From an uncultured Verrucomicrobiota bacterium (GTDB taxonomy: Bacteria; Verrucomicrobiota; Verrucomicrobiia; Limisphaerales; UBA9464): 64,000 nucleotides of DNA. The notes beneath the pieces were generated by a model. That model was not told the origin of the DNA, did no database searches, and saw nothing but the letters and a program-made list of their open reading frames with translations. A program made the translations under genes and the position numbers. The first letter of the stretch is position 1, and each line of letters starts with the position of its first letter. The DNA is taken from NCBI GenBank assembly GCA_903916195.1, contig CAIWVP010000034.1:3575-67574 (forward strand), given 5' to 3'. Shown piece by piece: positions 55,177 to 64,000 of this stretch.

Positions 55177-56496
55177 GTGCATCTTCCGAGACTGTTGTCG
55201 TCCGCCGCGGCGGCGTTGAGCATCCTGGCCCTGCGTCTCGTCGCCGGCCCGCTCGAGGACTACGTGGGCGCGCCGGACGCCTCCTTCAACTGGAAGCGCA
55301 ACGAGCAGAAGCCGCTGCCCGGCGCCACGCTCAGCCATCTCGAACTCGTCTCGCAGACGTGGCAGGGACAGTTCTGGAGCCACCACATCCTGGTCGTCCG
55401 ACCGGACAAGCTGACCCATCCAGACATCGCGCTGCTCTTCGTCACCGGCGGCGGCTACGGAGCGCCCGACGACAAGGACGCGGAGCGCTTCAACCTCATC
55501 GCCCAGCGCGCCGGCGCCGTCACCGCCATCATCACCAAGATCCCGAACCAGCCGCTCTACGACGGCCGCACCGAGGACGCGCTCATCGCGTACACCTTCG
55601 ACAAGTTCCTCAAGACCGGTGACAAGACGTGGCCGCTGCTCTTCCCGATGGTGAAGAGCGCCGTCCGCGGCATGGACACCGTCCAGCAGTTCGCCAAGAA
55701 GGAGTGGGGCCAGGACGTGAAGCAGTTCGTCATCTCCGGTGCGAGCAAGCGCGGCTGGACGACCTGGCTCACCGCCGCCGCGGATCCGCGCGTGAAGGCC
55801 ATCGCTCCGATGGTCATCGACATGCTGAACATGAAGAAGCAGCTCGAATGGACCGGCAAGATGTACGGCCGCCAGAGCGAGGAGATCAACGACTACACCG
55901 AGCTGCACCTCGACACGCGGGACGACGAACCGATGCGCCAGCTGCGTTCTTGGGTCGATCCGTACGCCTATCGCGCCCGCTACACGATGCCCAAGCTGCT
56001 CCTGCTCGGAAGCAACGATCCCTACTGGGTGGTCGATTCCCTCCGCAACTACTGGGACGATCTCCCGGCTAAAAAGGTGGTGTTCCAGACGCCGAACGCC
56101 GGCCACGATCTCGGCGGCGGCAAGGATGCCACCCTCACGCTCGCGAACTGGTTTGCCCAGGTCGCCGCGGACGAGGCGTTGCCCGAGGTGACCTGGAAGC
56201 TACGCGACGGCGCCAAGGGCGCGGCGGGGATCGACGTGGCGGTGGACCGTCCGGCGAAGAAGATCCGCTTGTGGAGCGCCCAGTCGAAGGACCGCGATTT
56301 CCGCGACGACACCTGGACCAGCCGCGAACTGGTCATCGAAGGCGACCACAAATCGGCCCACGCCGATGTGCCCAAGCCGGCTTCCGGCTTCACCGCCTTC
56401 TTCGCCGAGGTCGAGTTGCCGACTCCCCAAGGCGACACCTACAAGCTCTCGACCCAAGCACAGGTCGTTCCAGATCTTGTCAACAAGAACCCCTGA
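55177..56496 (+). CDS. PqaA-family (PhoPQ-activated pathogenicity-related) alpha/beta hydrolase
   Basis: IPNQPL, EDALIAYT, PMVKSAVRGMD, GASKRGWTTW, DPY.Y, PNAGH. Confidence 0.88.
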   Translation: MHLPRLLSSAAAALSILALRLVAGPLEDYVGAPDASFNWKRNEQKPLPGATLSHLELVSQTWQGQFWSHHILVVRPDKLTHPDIALLFVTGGGYGAPDDKDAERFNLIAQRAGAVTAIITKIPNQPLYDGRTEDALIAYTFDKFLKTGDKTWPLLFPMVKSAVRGMDTVQQFAKKEWGQDVKQFVISGASKRGWTTWLTAAADPRVKAIAPMVIDMLNMKKQLEWTGKMYGRQSEEINDYTELHLDTRDDEPMRQLRSWVDPYAYRARYTMPKLLLLGSNDPYWVVDSLRNYWDDLPAKKVVFQTPNAGHDLGGGKDATLTLANWFAQVAADEALPEVTWKLRDGAKGAAGIDVAVDRPAKKIRLWSAQSKDRDFRDDTWTSRELVIEGDHKSAHADVPKPASGFTAFFAEVELPTPQGDTYKLSTQAQVVPDLVNKNP

Positions 56497-56675
56497 GCGA
56501 GTTCCACCTGTTGAGGAAGACATGTCCGTGTCCTGATCTGGGGACATGCGGGAGCAACCGGTAGGGCACGCTGGCGAGGCACGATGAATTCGTGACACCG
56601 GGGCCCGTCTATCCCCTCGCATGAAGCCCGGCTCCGGGCAAAATGGATCGGTGGTCGGTCTGGTGGGTCGTTCTT

Positions 56676-57275
56676 ATGAAAAGCTTCATCGTCAGCAGTT
56701 CGTTGGTCGCGGCCGTGGTGCTCGTCCTGTCGGACTGTGCCGTGTCCCGGGCCGCAGCCCAAGAGGCAGCGGCCAAACCGGCGCCGGTGCCCACGCTCTC
56801 CTACAGCTCGAACGAAGTGCTCAAACTCGTCCGCGCCAAGGTCGGCGACGACACGGTCGTCGCTTACATCGACCATGCGACCGCTACGTACGCCCTGAGC
56901 GCTTCGGATTTGATCCATCTCCGTTCCGAAGGCGTTTCCGACAAGGTCCTCAGCGCGATGCTGAACCGTTCCAAGGGCGCCGAAGCGATTGCCTCTGCCC
57001 CGGTCGCTCCTGCCGCGCCGATCGCGCCGCCGGCCCCGGCGGCGGCTCCTGCGTCCTACGTCGGCGCCAATCCCCAGCCGGCGCAGGTCGTCGTGCAGCC
57101 CGCGGTCACCACCTACATCCAAGCTCCGCCTCAGGTCGTGGTCGCCGCGCCGGTGGTCTACGACTACGGGTACTATCCGTACTACGGTTATCGTTATCCC
57201 GCGGTGTCGCTCTCGTTCGGTTTCGGCGGAGGATACCGGGGCGGCTATCGGGGCGGGTTCCACGGGCACCGTTGA
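56676..57275 (+). CDS. Secreted hypothetical protein with Pro/Ala linker and Tyr/Gly-rich tail
   Basis: Signal peptide, EVLKLVRAKVGDD...LRSEGVSDKVLSAML helical domain, YYPYYGY tail. Confidence 0.75.
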   Translation: MKSFIVSSSLVAAVVLVLSDCAVSRAAAQEAAAKPAPVPTLSYSSNEVLKLVRAKVGDDTVVAYIDHATATYALSASDLIHLRSEGVSDKVLSAMLNRSKGAEAIASAPVAPAAPIAPPAPAAAPASYVGANPQPAQVVVQPAVTTYIQAPPQVVVAAPVVYDYGYYPYYGYRYPAVSLSFGFGGGYRGGYRGGFHGHR

Positions 57276-57333
57276 ACGGCGGCGGAGCCGGAACCACGGG
57301 CCGGGCCTCGGCTCCGGCAGCGGTGAATTGGTC

Positions 57334-57726
57334 TTGGAAGAGCTGTAAGCCGAGTTCTGTCTTCGCCCTTGCGGACGGAGAGGATCATTTATCTGAGCAA
57401 CCGATACCCGGGACCCGGACCGCTTGCGCGGCCACTGGTGCGGGCAGCACCGAGGTCCCCTATTTGGTCTTGCTCCCAGGCAGGTTTTCCTTGCCCCGTC
57501 GCTTGCGCTATGGGCGGTGGGCTCTTACCCCGCCGTTTCACCCTTACCGCCGACCTTGCGGCCGGCGGCGGTCTACGTTTTCTGTGGCACTATCTGTCAA
57601 CCGCGGCTTTCGCCACAGCTGCCCGCGTGTATCTCCGGCCTGACCGGAGTTACGTGGGCCTGCGCCCTATGGAGTTCGGACTTTCCTCCCGCAGCTTGCG
57701 CCACGAGCGATCCTCCGCTCTTCCAA
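57334..57726 (-). ncRNA. rnpB: RNase P RNA (bacterial type A)
   Basis: Minus strand: GAGGAAAGTCCGAACTCC near 5' end, GACAGAACTCGGCTTA near 3' end; terminal TTGGAAGAGC/GCTCTTCCAA P1 helix. Confidence 0.96.
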
Positions 57727-57895
57727 AACCGAGGTCACGCTAACAGGGGGTCACGCCGAGGCAAGGGATGTCGCAAAATAGCGCACGGGCATCGTGCTCA
57801 GGACGCCAGCGCCGGTGGACATGGGAGCCGGACCGACTTCCCGCCGGCAACCGCTCCGACTCGGAGCCCTTCCTGAGACCCCCTCGGCGACCTTG

Positions 57896-58945
57896 TCATC
57901 GACCGGTCTCGGCCACGACGACCGTGGGCGGAGCTTCCGTCGCGGGTCTCGGTTCGGCGTCGGTCAAGCCCACGCAGACCAACGCCAGCCAGGTGCAAGA
58001 CCCGACGACCCAAGTGCGGGCCTCGGGGCGGTAACGGGCGATCGCCTGCATCCGATGCACCAACGGAGCGAACTCGTTCTCGTCGCCGCCCAGGATGCCG
58101 ACAGACGCCGTGCTGTCCTGCGCCGACGCGAAAGGGGCCCCGCGCTCCAGAAGTTTGATCAATGTCTCGCCGTAGGCCCTGCGCGCTTCCGGGCGAGCAG
58201 CAAGCGCGGAGGCATCGCAGGCTTCCTCCCGGTCGGCCCGAAAACGGCGGGTCACCAGCCAGACCAACGGATTGAACCAATGGATGCTCTCGACGGCAGC
58301 CAGCAACCAGTTCAAGGCCAGGTCCCGGCGCCGGAGATGCGCCAATTCGTGGAGGAAGACCAATCGGAGCTCGTCCCGCGAGAGCTCGCCCATCAGCCCT
58401 CGCGGGAGAAGGAGACACGGCCGGAAGAAGCCCACCAAGCAGGGGCTTTGCACGTGGGCCGATTCGTGGACGGCGAACGGAGCCACCTGCCCGGTAGCGT
58501 CCTCGCACTCTTTGGCGAGCCACCCGACCTGCCATGGATCCATCCGCCGTGCGGCCTTGCGTATCCAGAACGACCGGAGCCAGCCGACGGCCACCCGTAG
58601 GGAAAGCGCGATAGCGACTCCGGTCCAGGTCCAGGCCACCCAAGGTTGTTCCACCCACCGTCCTGCTTGGGCCGCGACCTCACCAGGCAGCCAGAACGGC
58701 ACGGCATCCGGACTTGCCAAGCGGGTCGGCGCGGAGAGGAGATTGAAGAGGCTGACCGGGCTCGGGAGGGAGAACGGCCAAGCCAACCGGACGATCACCA
58801 GCAACCAGAGCCTGCACCGCCAACGCGGATCCAGATGCCGTCCCAATGCCCGGCACGTGGCCCAAACGGCCACCGCCAGCAATGAAGCTTGGGCAGAGGC
58901 GTTGCCCAGTTGGGCGAAAAACTCGGTCAATGGGGCTGCGTCCAT
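57896..58945 (-). CDS. blaR: BlaR1/MecR1-type M56 metallopeptidase without C-terminal sensor domain
   Basis: R..LWLLV.VRL, SPCLVG, HELAH, HWFNPLVW, EEACD. Confidence 0.88.
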   Translation of the reverse strand: MDAAPLTEFFAQLGNASAQASLLAVAVWATCRALGRHLDPRWRCRLWLLVIVRLAWPFSLPSPVSLFNLLSAPTRLASPDAVPFWLPGEVAAQAGRWVEQPWVAWTWTGVAIALSLRVAVGWLRSFWIRKAARRMDPWQVGWLAKECEDATGQVAPFAVHESAHVQSPCLVGFFRPCLLLPRGLMGELSRDELRLVFLHELAHLRRRDLALNWLLAAVESIHWFNPLVWLVTRRFRADREEACDASALAARPEARRAYGETLIKLLERGAPFASAQDSTASVGILGGDENEFAPLVHRMQAIARYRPEARTWVVGSCTWLALVCVGLTDAEPRPATEAPPTVVVAETGR

Positions 58946-58987
58946 GGCGGCGAAGGGATGGCCGCACTAAGCAAACGCCGGGCCGGA

Positions 58988-59359
58988 TCAGTGCTCTTCC
59001 AGAGCTTTCCGCAGCTCTTTCACCTGCTTCGCCGAGAGTTTCCGGTGCTCCACGAAGTGGGCGACCATGGTCGACAGCGATCCATCGAAGACCCGTTCCA
59101 AGAACGACGAACTGGCCGCGTTGACGCAGTCGCGCTCCTTGACCAGCGCCTTGTAGACATAGGCGCGGCCATCGAGGTCGTAGCCTAGGGCGCCTTTCTT
59201 GACCAAGCGGTTGAGGAGCGTCTTGGCGGTGACCGGGTGCCAGGTGGGGTCGTCCTTCGAGAGCTGGTCGATGATATCGGCAGCCGTGACCGGGCTCAGT
59301 GCCCACACGACGCGCATGATCTCCCATTCGGTCTCGGAGATACGGGGAAGATTCGCCAT
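58988..59359 (-). CDS. blaI: BlaI/MecI/CopY-family repressor
   Basis: ISETEWEIMRVVW, TAKTLLNRLVKKG, GRAYVY, FLERVFDGS. Confidence 0.94.
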   Translation of the reverse strand: MANLPRISETEWEIMRVVWALSPVTAADIIDQLSKDDPTWHPVTAKTLLNRLVKKGALGYDLDGRAYVYKALVKERDCVNAASSSFLERVFDGSLSTMVAHFVEHRKLSAKQVKELRKALEEH

Positions 59360-59398
59360 AGAGATAGCAGGTGAGGTATCTAACGGGTGGACAAAAAA

Positions 59399-59427
59399 CG
59401 TTTATGCGCGTGAACGGTGGTTGTCAA
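59399..59427 (-). promoter_or_regulatory. Candidate blaI promoter with overlapping operator palindrome
   Basis: Minus strand TTGACA-17 bp-TAAACG; imperfect palindrome CGTTTATGCGCGTGAACG at 59399-59416. Confidence 0.55.
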
Positions 59428-59671
59428 CGGACAAGCGGACACGGACGAGGCCGGGATCCGATCCGGCGCGTCTTCGGCGGATCCGGACACCCATGGTATC
59501 AACTCGCCACGTGGAACCATTCCGGGAGCGCAAACCGGCAAGGTGAGTCCACCTACTTTTCATCCATCCTTCCGATGATGGACCGTTGTCGGCCGACAAC
59601 GTTTGGGACAGACTTTTCCGAGACGCCTCCAAAAGATCAGGACCTCACCGTCCGACGACCGACGCACGCTT

Positions 59672-60979
59672 ATGCCTACCCACCACTTCTCCCGCCGCAC
59701 GTTCCTCCGCGGAGTCGGCGTCACCATGGCGCTGCCGTGGATGGAATCCATGACCGTCTGGGGCGACGCCCCGCCGTCGGGTGTCCGGCCCGCCAGCGAG
59801 GCACCGGTCCGGCTCGCCGTGCTCTTCTCCGGGAACGGCTTCCACTCCAAGGAATGGTGGGCCAAGGGCGAAGGCAAGCAGATGGAGCTCGGCAAGGTGC
59901 TCGCGCCGTTGTCGGACTTCCGCGAAAAGATGCTCTTCATCCGCGGCCTCCACAACGAGGAGGCCCTCAAGGGCAACATCCACAGCTCGCAGACCGGCAA
60001 CCTCCTCTCCGGCGCGCCGCTCGCCTCCGGTGGCGAGATCCGCTCCGGCACCAGCATCGACCAACTCCTGGCCCAGCGCTACGGCCGCTCGACCAAGGTC
60101 CCCAGCCTCGTGCTCGGCTGCGAGAAATCGAACCCTTCGGTCCACAAGAACTACTCGATGCTCTACAGCTCCCACATCTCGTGGAGCTCGCCGACCACGC
60201 CGACGCCGCTGGAGATCTATCCCGCGCTGGCGTTCGACCGGTTGTTCAAGGACGGCGCGGACAAGGGCGACAAGAGCGTGCTCGACGCCGTGCTTGCGGA
60301 TGCCGCGGATCTCCGCCGGAACATCAGCCGCGGCGACCAGCACAAGCTCGACGAATATCTCGATTCCGTCCGCGACGTGGAGCAGCGCATCGAGAACGCC
60401 GGCAAAAAGGGCGAGCTCCAAGGCTGGCGGCCCGCTTCGTCCGTGCCGGACATGCCCCGCCCGGCCGACGGCATCCCGCAGGACATCGCCGAGCACATGC
60501 GCCTGATGTGCGACATCCTCGTGCTCGGTTTCCGCACCGACACCACCCGCATCACCACCCTCAAGCTGAACAACGACCACAGCTCGCTCCGGTTCCCCAA
60601 CCTCGGCGTGGACTACATGATCCACCATCTCCTCTCGCACAGCGACACGGCGGATTGGCTGAAGGTGAACCAGTTCTTCCTCGAGCAGGTCGCCTACATC
60701 GCGCGCAAGCTCGACAGCATCCAAGAAGGCCCGCGCACGCTGCTCGACAACACGATGCTGATGTATTGCTCGTCCATGCTGAACGGGAACCACGACGCCA
60801 CCAACCTCCCGGTGGTCCTGCTCGGTGGCGGTGGTGGCCGCATCCGCGGCGGTCGCGTGCTGGACAACACCGGCAAGCCGGATCGCCAGATGTGCCGGCT
60901 GTACCTGTCGATGATGGACAAGATGGACGTGCGCCTGCCGAAGTTCGGCGACGCGACGATGGCGCTCGAGGAGATCTGA
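59672..60979 (+). CDS. DUF1552-family protein
   Basis: SRRTFLRGVGVTMALPWMES, SIDQLLA, PSLVLG, SVLDAV, KLDEYLDSVR.VE, TLLDNT; start at ATG 59672. Confidence 0.88.
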   Translation: MPTHHFSRRTFLRGVGVTMALPWMESMTVWGDAPPSGVRPASEAPVRLAVLFSGNGFHSKEWWAKGEGKQMELGKVLAPLSDFREKMLFIRGLHNEEALKGNIHSSQTGNLLSGAPLASGGEIRSGTSIDQLLAQRYGRSTKVPSLVLGCEKSNPSVHKNYSMLYSSHISWSSPTTPTPLEIYPALAFDRLFKDGADKGDKSVLDAVLADAADLRRNISRGDQHKLDEYLDSVRDVEQRIENAGKKGELQGWRPASSVPDMPRPADGIPQDIAEHMRLMCDILVLGFRTDTTRITTLKLNNDHSSLRFPNLGVDYMIHHLLSHSDTADWLKVNQFFLEQVAYIARKLDSIQEGPRTLLDNTMLMYCSSMLNGNHDATNLPVVLLGGGGGRIRGGRVLDNTGKPDRQMCRLYLSMMDKMDVRLPKFGDATMALEEI

Positions 60980-61059
60980 GCGACGGGCACCGGGCCGGCA
61001 GGTCCGCCACACCAACTTCCTGCTGGCGGACGCACCGTCGCGCGCAAGACTGCGGGGCG

Positions 61060-61518
61060 ATGAGCGATACCCCGGAACAGATCCTCTGGAAAGGCAGCCC
61101 GTCGGCAGCCCAAGACTTCTGGCTGAACCTCAGCTGCCTGCTGGTGGTCCCGATCCCGTGGGCGCTCTGGCGCTGGTGGCATCGCAGCAGCCATCGCATC
61201 GAGATCACCACCGAACGGGTCCGGGTGACCCAGGGGGTCTTCACCAAGCGCACCGACGAGCTGGAGCTCTACCGCGTCCGCGACATGACGTTCCTCCAAC
61301 CGTTCATCCTCGGCGTGTGCGGCCGGGGGGATCTTCAGTTGGACACCGACGACGTCACCACCCCGGTCGTGTTGTTGCCCTGCATCCCGGCGGACCCATC
61401 GTTGCGCGACCAGTTGCGCAAGGCGGTGGAATCCTGCCGCGACCGCAAGCGCACCCGCGTCTCCGAGTTCGGCGGCACCGGCGGCCACGACCACGACCAC
61501 GACCATCCGGGATCCTGA
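61060..61518 (+). CDS. Bacterial PH-domain (bPH_2-like) membrane protein
   Basis: EITTERVRV..GVF.K..DELELYRVRD, GDL; His/Asp tail. Confidence 0.82.
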   Translation: MSDTPEQILWKGSPSAAQDFWLNLSCLLVVPIPWALWRWWHRSSHRIEITTERVRVTQGVFTKRTDELELYRVRDMTFLQPFILGVCGRGDLQLDTDDVTTPVVLLPCIPADPSLRDQLRKAVESCRDRKRTRVSEFGGTGGHDHDHDHPGS

Positions 61519-61546
61519 ACGCCTTGCCGGACGGTTGCCCTACCCG

Positions 61547-63829
61547 TCAGGGGACCACGGGGCGCGGCGGGCCGTCGTAGGGCCGGGCGCCGCCCTTCGG
61601 GATCTCATCGGGACGTACGGTGAGCAGCCCGGGTTCACTCGTGTCCGGCGCGGAGATGAAGCCTTCGTGGCGACCCAGCCAATAGGCGAGCAGCCAGCTC
61701 GCCGGCTCCACCACATCGTTGCCGCCCGAGCCGCCGTCGGCCTGCATCGTCCAGTGGTCCCAGCGCAGCGGCTCGGTCTCGCTCGGCGAGAAGGCCTTGG
61801 TGCCGCCCTTGGGCGCGACGTATCCGGCCGGTGTGCGAAGATCGGAGCGGTGCGAGTTCTGGTAGGACCAGATGCGCAGGTCGAGCGGCCATCCGCGGAG
61901 GTGGGCCACCGCGGGTCCTGTCTCGCAACCCTCGCCGGTCAGCGCGCCGTGGAGGAACTCGAACCAAGGGTTGTGCTCGACGCGCACGACTTCCCGGCTG
62001 CGTTCGTAACCTCGGCGGTAGAACGCACGCAACTCCGGGTCCTGCTCGTGGCGGATGAGATTCCACCAGCCCCAGAGACCGAGCTCGTCCAAGAAATGGA
62101 GGATGCTGTCCGCCGGGAAGGTCGTCCGGGCGCGCAGGGTGTAGGCAGGATACCCGAGCTTCGCGAGCCGTTGGTAGGCCTCGCTGAACTTCGCTCCGCC
62201 GGTCAGCACCTCGGCCGTCTTGATGAACGACAGCAGCTCGACGGCCTGCAGCCCGCGGTCGTAGCGGCCTTCGTCGGTGAGGAAGTAATCCGGATCCCAA
62301 CGGCCCCAGCGCGTCGGCTTGCCGTCGGTGTCCACGAGCTGCCACCGGTGGTCGATCAGATGGGTCGCGATCCGGGCGAGGTGCGCCTTCGCCTGGGCGA
62401 CCTCCTCGCCTTGAGCAGCCAGTTGAAGGAACACGTCGAACGCGTAGAAGTGCGAGCACAGCTCATCGCTGGAGGTGTCGCCCTTCCACTCGAACTTGGC
62501 GTCGGCGGTATCGTGCCATTCGGCCGGATAGCCGCCCGATCCGCCGCTGGATTTGTGCCCGCGCTCGCCCTTGGCCCACACCGACCGCGCCGGGAAGCCA
62601 GGGATGCCGGTCATCCGCTCCAGCCATCGCAAGGCGTGGAACGTATTGGTCGCCTCGCGCCGGGCGGCCGGGTCCTTCGTGACAGCGTACCGGTACGATT
62701 GGGCGGCGAGATAGTAGCCCGTGTAACCACCGTCGTTGTCGCCCGCCTCGCGCACGAACTCTTTCAGGCCGTCGTCCCATTCAAGCTTGTGCACGAGGCC
62801 GAGGCGTTTCTGTCCCCACGCCTCGAGGTGTCGTTCGTAGTAAGCGGCCTTCTTCGCGAGCGTGAACGGCTCGTGGTCGATGATGCCGAGCCCGCGGTCG
62901 GTCGCGATGTACGCCGTGCGCGGCCCGATAGCCATCGCCTGCACGCGTTCGTCCGGCAACCAGCGCCGGCCGGCGAAGTAACGGAACTCGCCCCCCGTCT
63001 TGCGGATCGCGCCGCGGCTCGTGCCGATCCAAAGATCACCATCGAAACCGGCGGCCAGACAGGTCGTGTCCTCGAACGGCAAACCGTCCTCGCCCCGCGA
63101 AGCCGTGAGCGACATCCCGCGCAGCACCCCGAGCCCGCGGTCCGTGGCGATGTAGATCGCCCCGCCCAGGCCCAGCGCGTCGCGCGTCACCGGCGACGGC
63201 AGCGCACCCCAGTCCCAGGTCTGGTCCGCCGGGAAATCGTACGCATCTTTCCCGCCGAACGTGCCGAAGGCGTACGTCGTGAGCCGGCCTGCCCCATGCA
63301 GGTAGAGCGAGCCTTGGTGCGGGACGAGCCGCGTGATATCGAACTTGGCCTCCACGTCGCCGATCGGTTCCAGCACATCGCCGCGCACACGGCGGAGCTT
63401 CCTGCCGGCCGCGGTGACGATCGCGCCGCGGTGCTCGCACACGTCGGACACGGCCTCGTCGCCGACGGCCTTCCATCCGGTCGTATCGAGCCGGCGCAAG
63501 CCGAGCGCCGTGACCGCCCATAGATCTCCTCCGGCGGAGACGAGCCTCCGGACCGGCGCTCGCATCGCGGCGTCCTCGACCAGCGTTCCACCGACGAGCC
63601 GCATCACACCCTTGCCCGAGCCGATGAAGACCTCGCTGCCATGCAGCGCCACCGCGGTGAGCGGCTCGGCCGTGACGACCTGGCGACCGACCTCCTGGAG
63701 GAACACATCATCGCGGACCCTCTGACCGCCACGAGCGCCGGCGGGTTCCGCGGCCTCGACCGCCGGCCCCAGCACCAGCGACAGACCGAAGACGAAGCGG
63801 AGGCACATCGGGAGGGTTTCGGTTCTCAT
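61547..63829 (-). CDS. Large secreted hypothetical protein (beta-propeller repeats + helical C-terminal domain)
   Basis: Signal-like N-terminus; GLP..D...LWIGT..G and YIATDRGLG propeller repeats; DNDGGYT, KGDTSSDE, PTRWG motifs. Confidence 0.8.
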   Translation of the reverse strand: MRTETLPMCLRFVFGLSLVLGPAVEAAEPAGARGGQRVRDDVFLQEVGRQVVTAEPLTAVALHGSEVFIGSGKGVMRLVGGTLVEDAAMRAPVRRLVSAGGDLWAVTALGLRRLDTTGWKAVGDEAVSDVCEHRGAIVTAAGRKLRRVRGDVLEPIGDVEAKFDITRLVPHQGSLYLHGAGRLTTYAFGTFGGKDAYDFPADQTWDWGALPSPVTRDALGLGGAIYIATDRGLGVLRGMSLTASRGEDGLPFEDTTCLAAGFDGDLWIGTSRGAIRKTGGEFRYFAGRRWLPDERVQAMAIGPRTAYIATDRGLGIIDHEPFTLAKKAAYYERHLEAWGQKRLGLVHKLEWDDGLKEFVREAGDNDGGYTGYYLAAQSYRYAVTKDPAARREATNTFHALRWLERMTGIPGFPARSVWAKGERGHKSSGGSGGYPAEWHDTADAKFEWKGDTSSDELCSHFYAFDVFLQLAAQGEEVAQAKAHLARIATHLIDHRWQLVDTDGKPTRWGRWDPDYFLTDEGRYDRGLQAVELLSFIKTAEVLTGGAKFSEAYQRLAKLGYPAYTLRARTTFPADSILHFLDELGLWGWWNLIRHEQDPELRAFYRRGYERSREVVRVEHNPWFEFLHGALTGEGCETGPAVAHLRGWPLDLRIWSYQNSHRSDLRTPAGYVAPKGGTKAFSPSETEPLRWDHWTMQADGGSGGNDVVEPASWLLAYWLGRHEGFISAPDTSEPGLLTVRPDEIPKGGARPYDGPPRPVVP

Positions 63830-64000
63830 GGCGACCTGGCGAGAGGACCATCGGCCGCGCCCCCCGGGCAAGCCCGGTGGCTGAATGGTTGGGTTCGATC
63901 TGGATGACGTCCATCCCCTCCCCGGAGAGACGCCGACCCCGCGTCGAGCCCAAGATGGACATCGACGACGCTTCCTGGAGCCGTGCCGGCAGCGATCCCG

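Noticed and set aside
59371-61059. 715-aa ORF spanning the DUF1552 gene
   Set aside because: Only the last 152 codons (from 61060) look like a real protein; the rest is an off-frame overlap
63830-64000. Possible gene fragment at the window end
   Set aside because: No recognisable motif or convincing frame in the available sequence

Overview
High-GC bacterial chromosomal window, probably from a Verrucomicrobiota genome (inferred from PVC-type families: DUF1080, planctomycete cytochrome c/WD40, DUF1552, CxxCH heme proteins). Housekeeping genes: waaA, pyc, fmt, adk-like, dciA, fabI, a frameshifted pyk, xth, bioD, iscX, ridA and rnpB. Accessory content: (i) a Cu/Ag-type cusCBA efflux locus with three paralogous small Cys-motif lipoproteins and a Cys-rich, Pro-rich leader-like ORF; (ii) a sugar-acid catabolic trio; (iii) several REP-like palindromic doublets; (iv) a blaI/blaR pair. 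The standout is 34.8-43.8 kb: SDR - FadL - PhcB-like methyltransferase - double-transmitter hybrid kinase - two REC/kinase-like proteins. This resembles the Ralstonia phcBSRQ fatty-acid-methyl-ester quorum-sensing locus. It adds a lipid uptake channel, and its two downstream kinase-like proteins have complementary defects (one keeps the His but has a degenerate ATPase domain, the other the reverse). No CRISPR array, tRNA, rRNA, transposase or prophage was recognised. All family assignments are from motif recognition by eye, not database searches.
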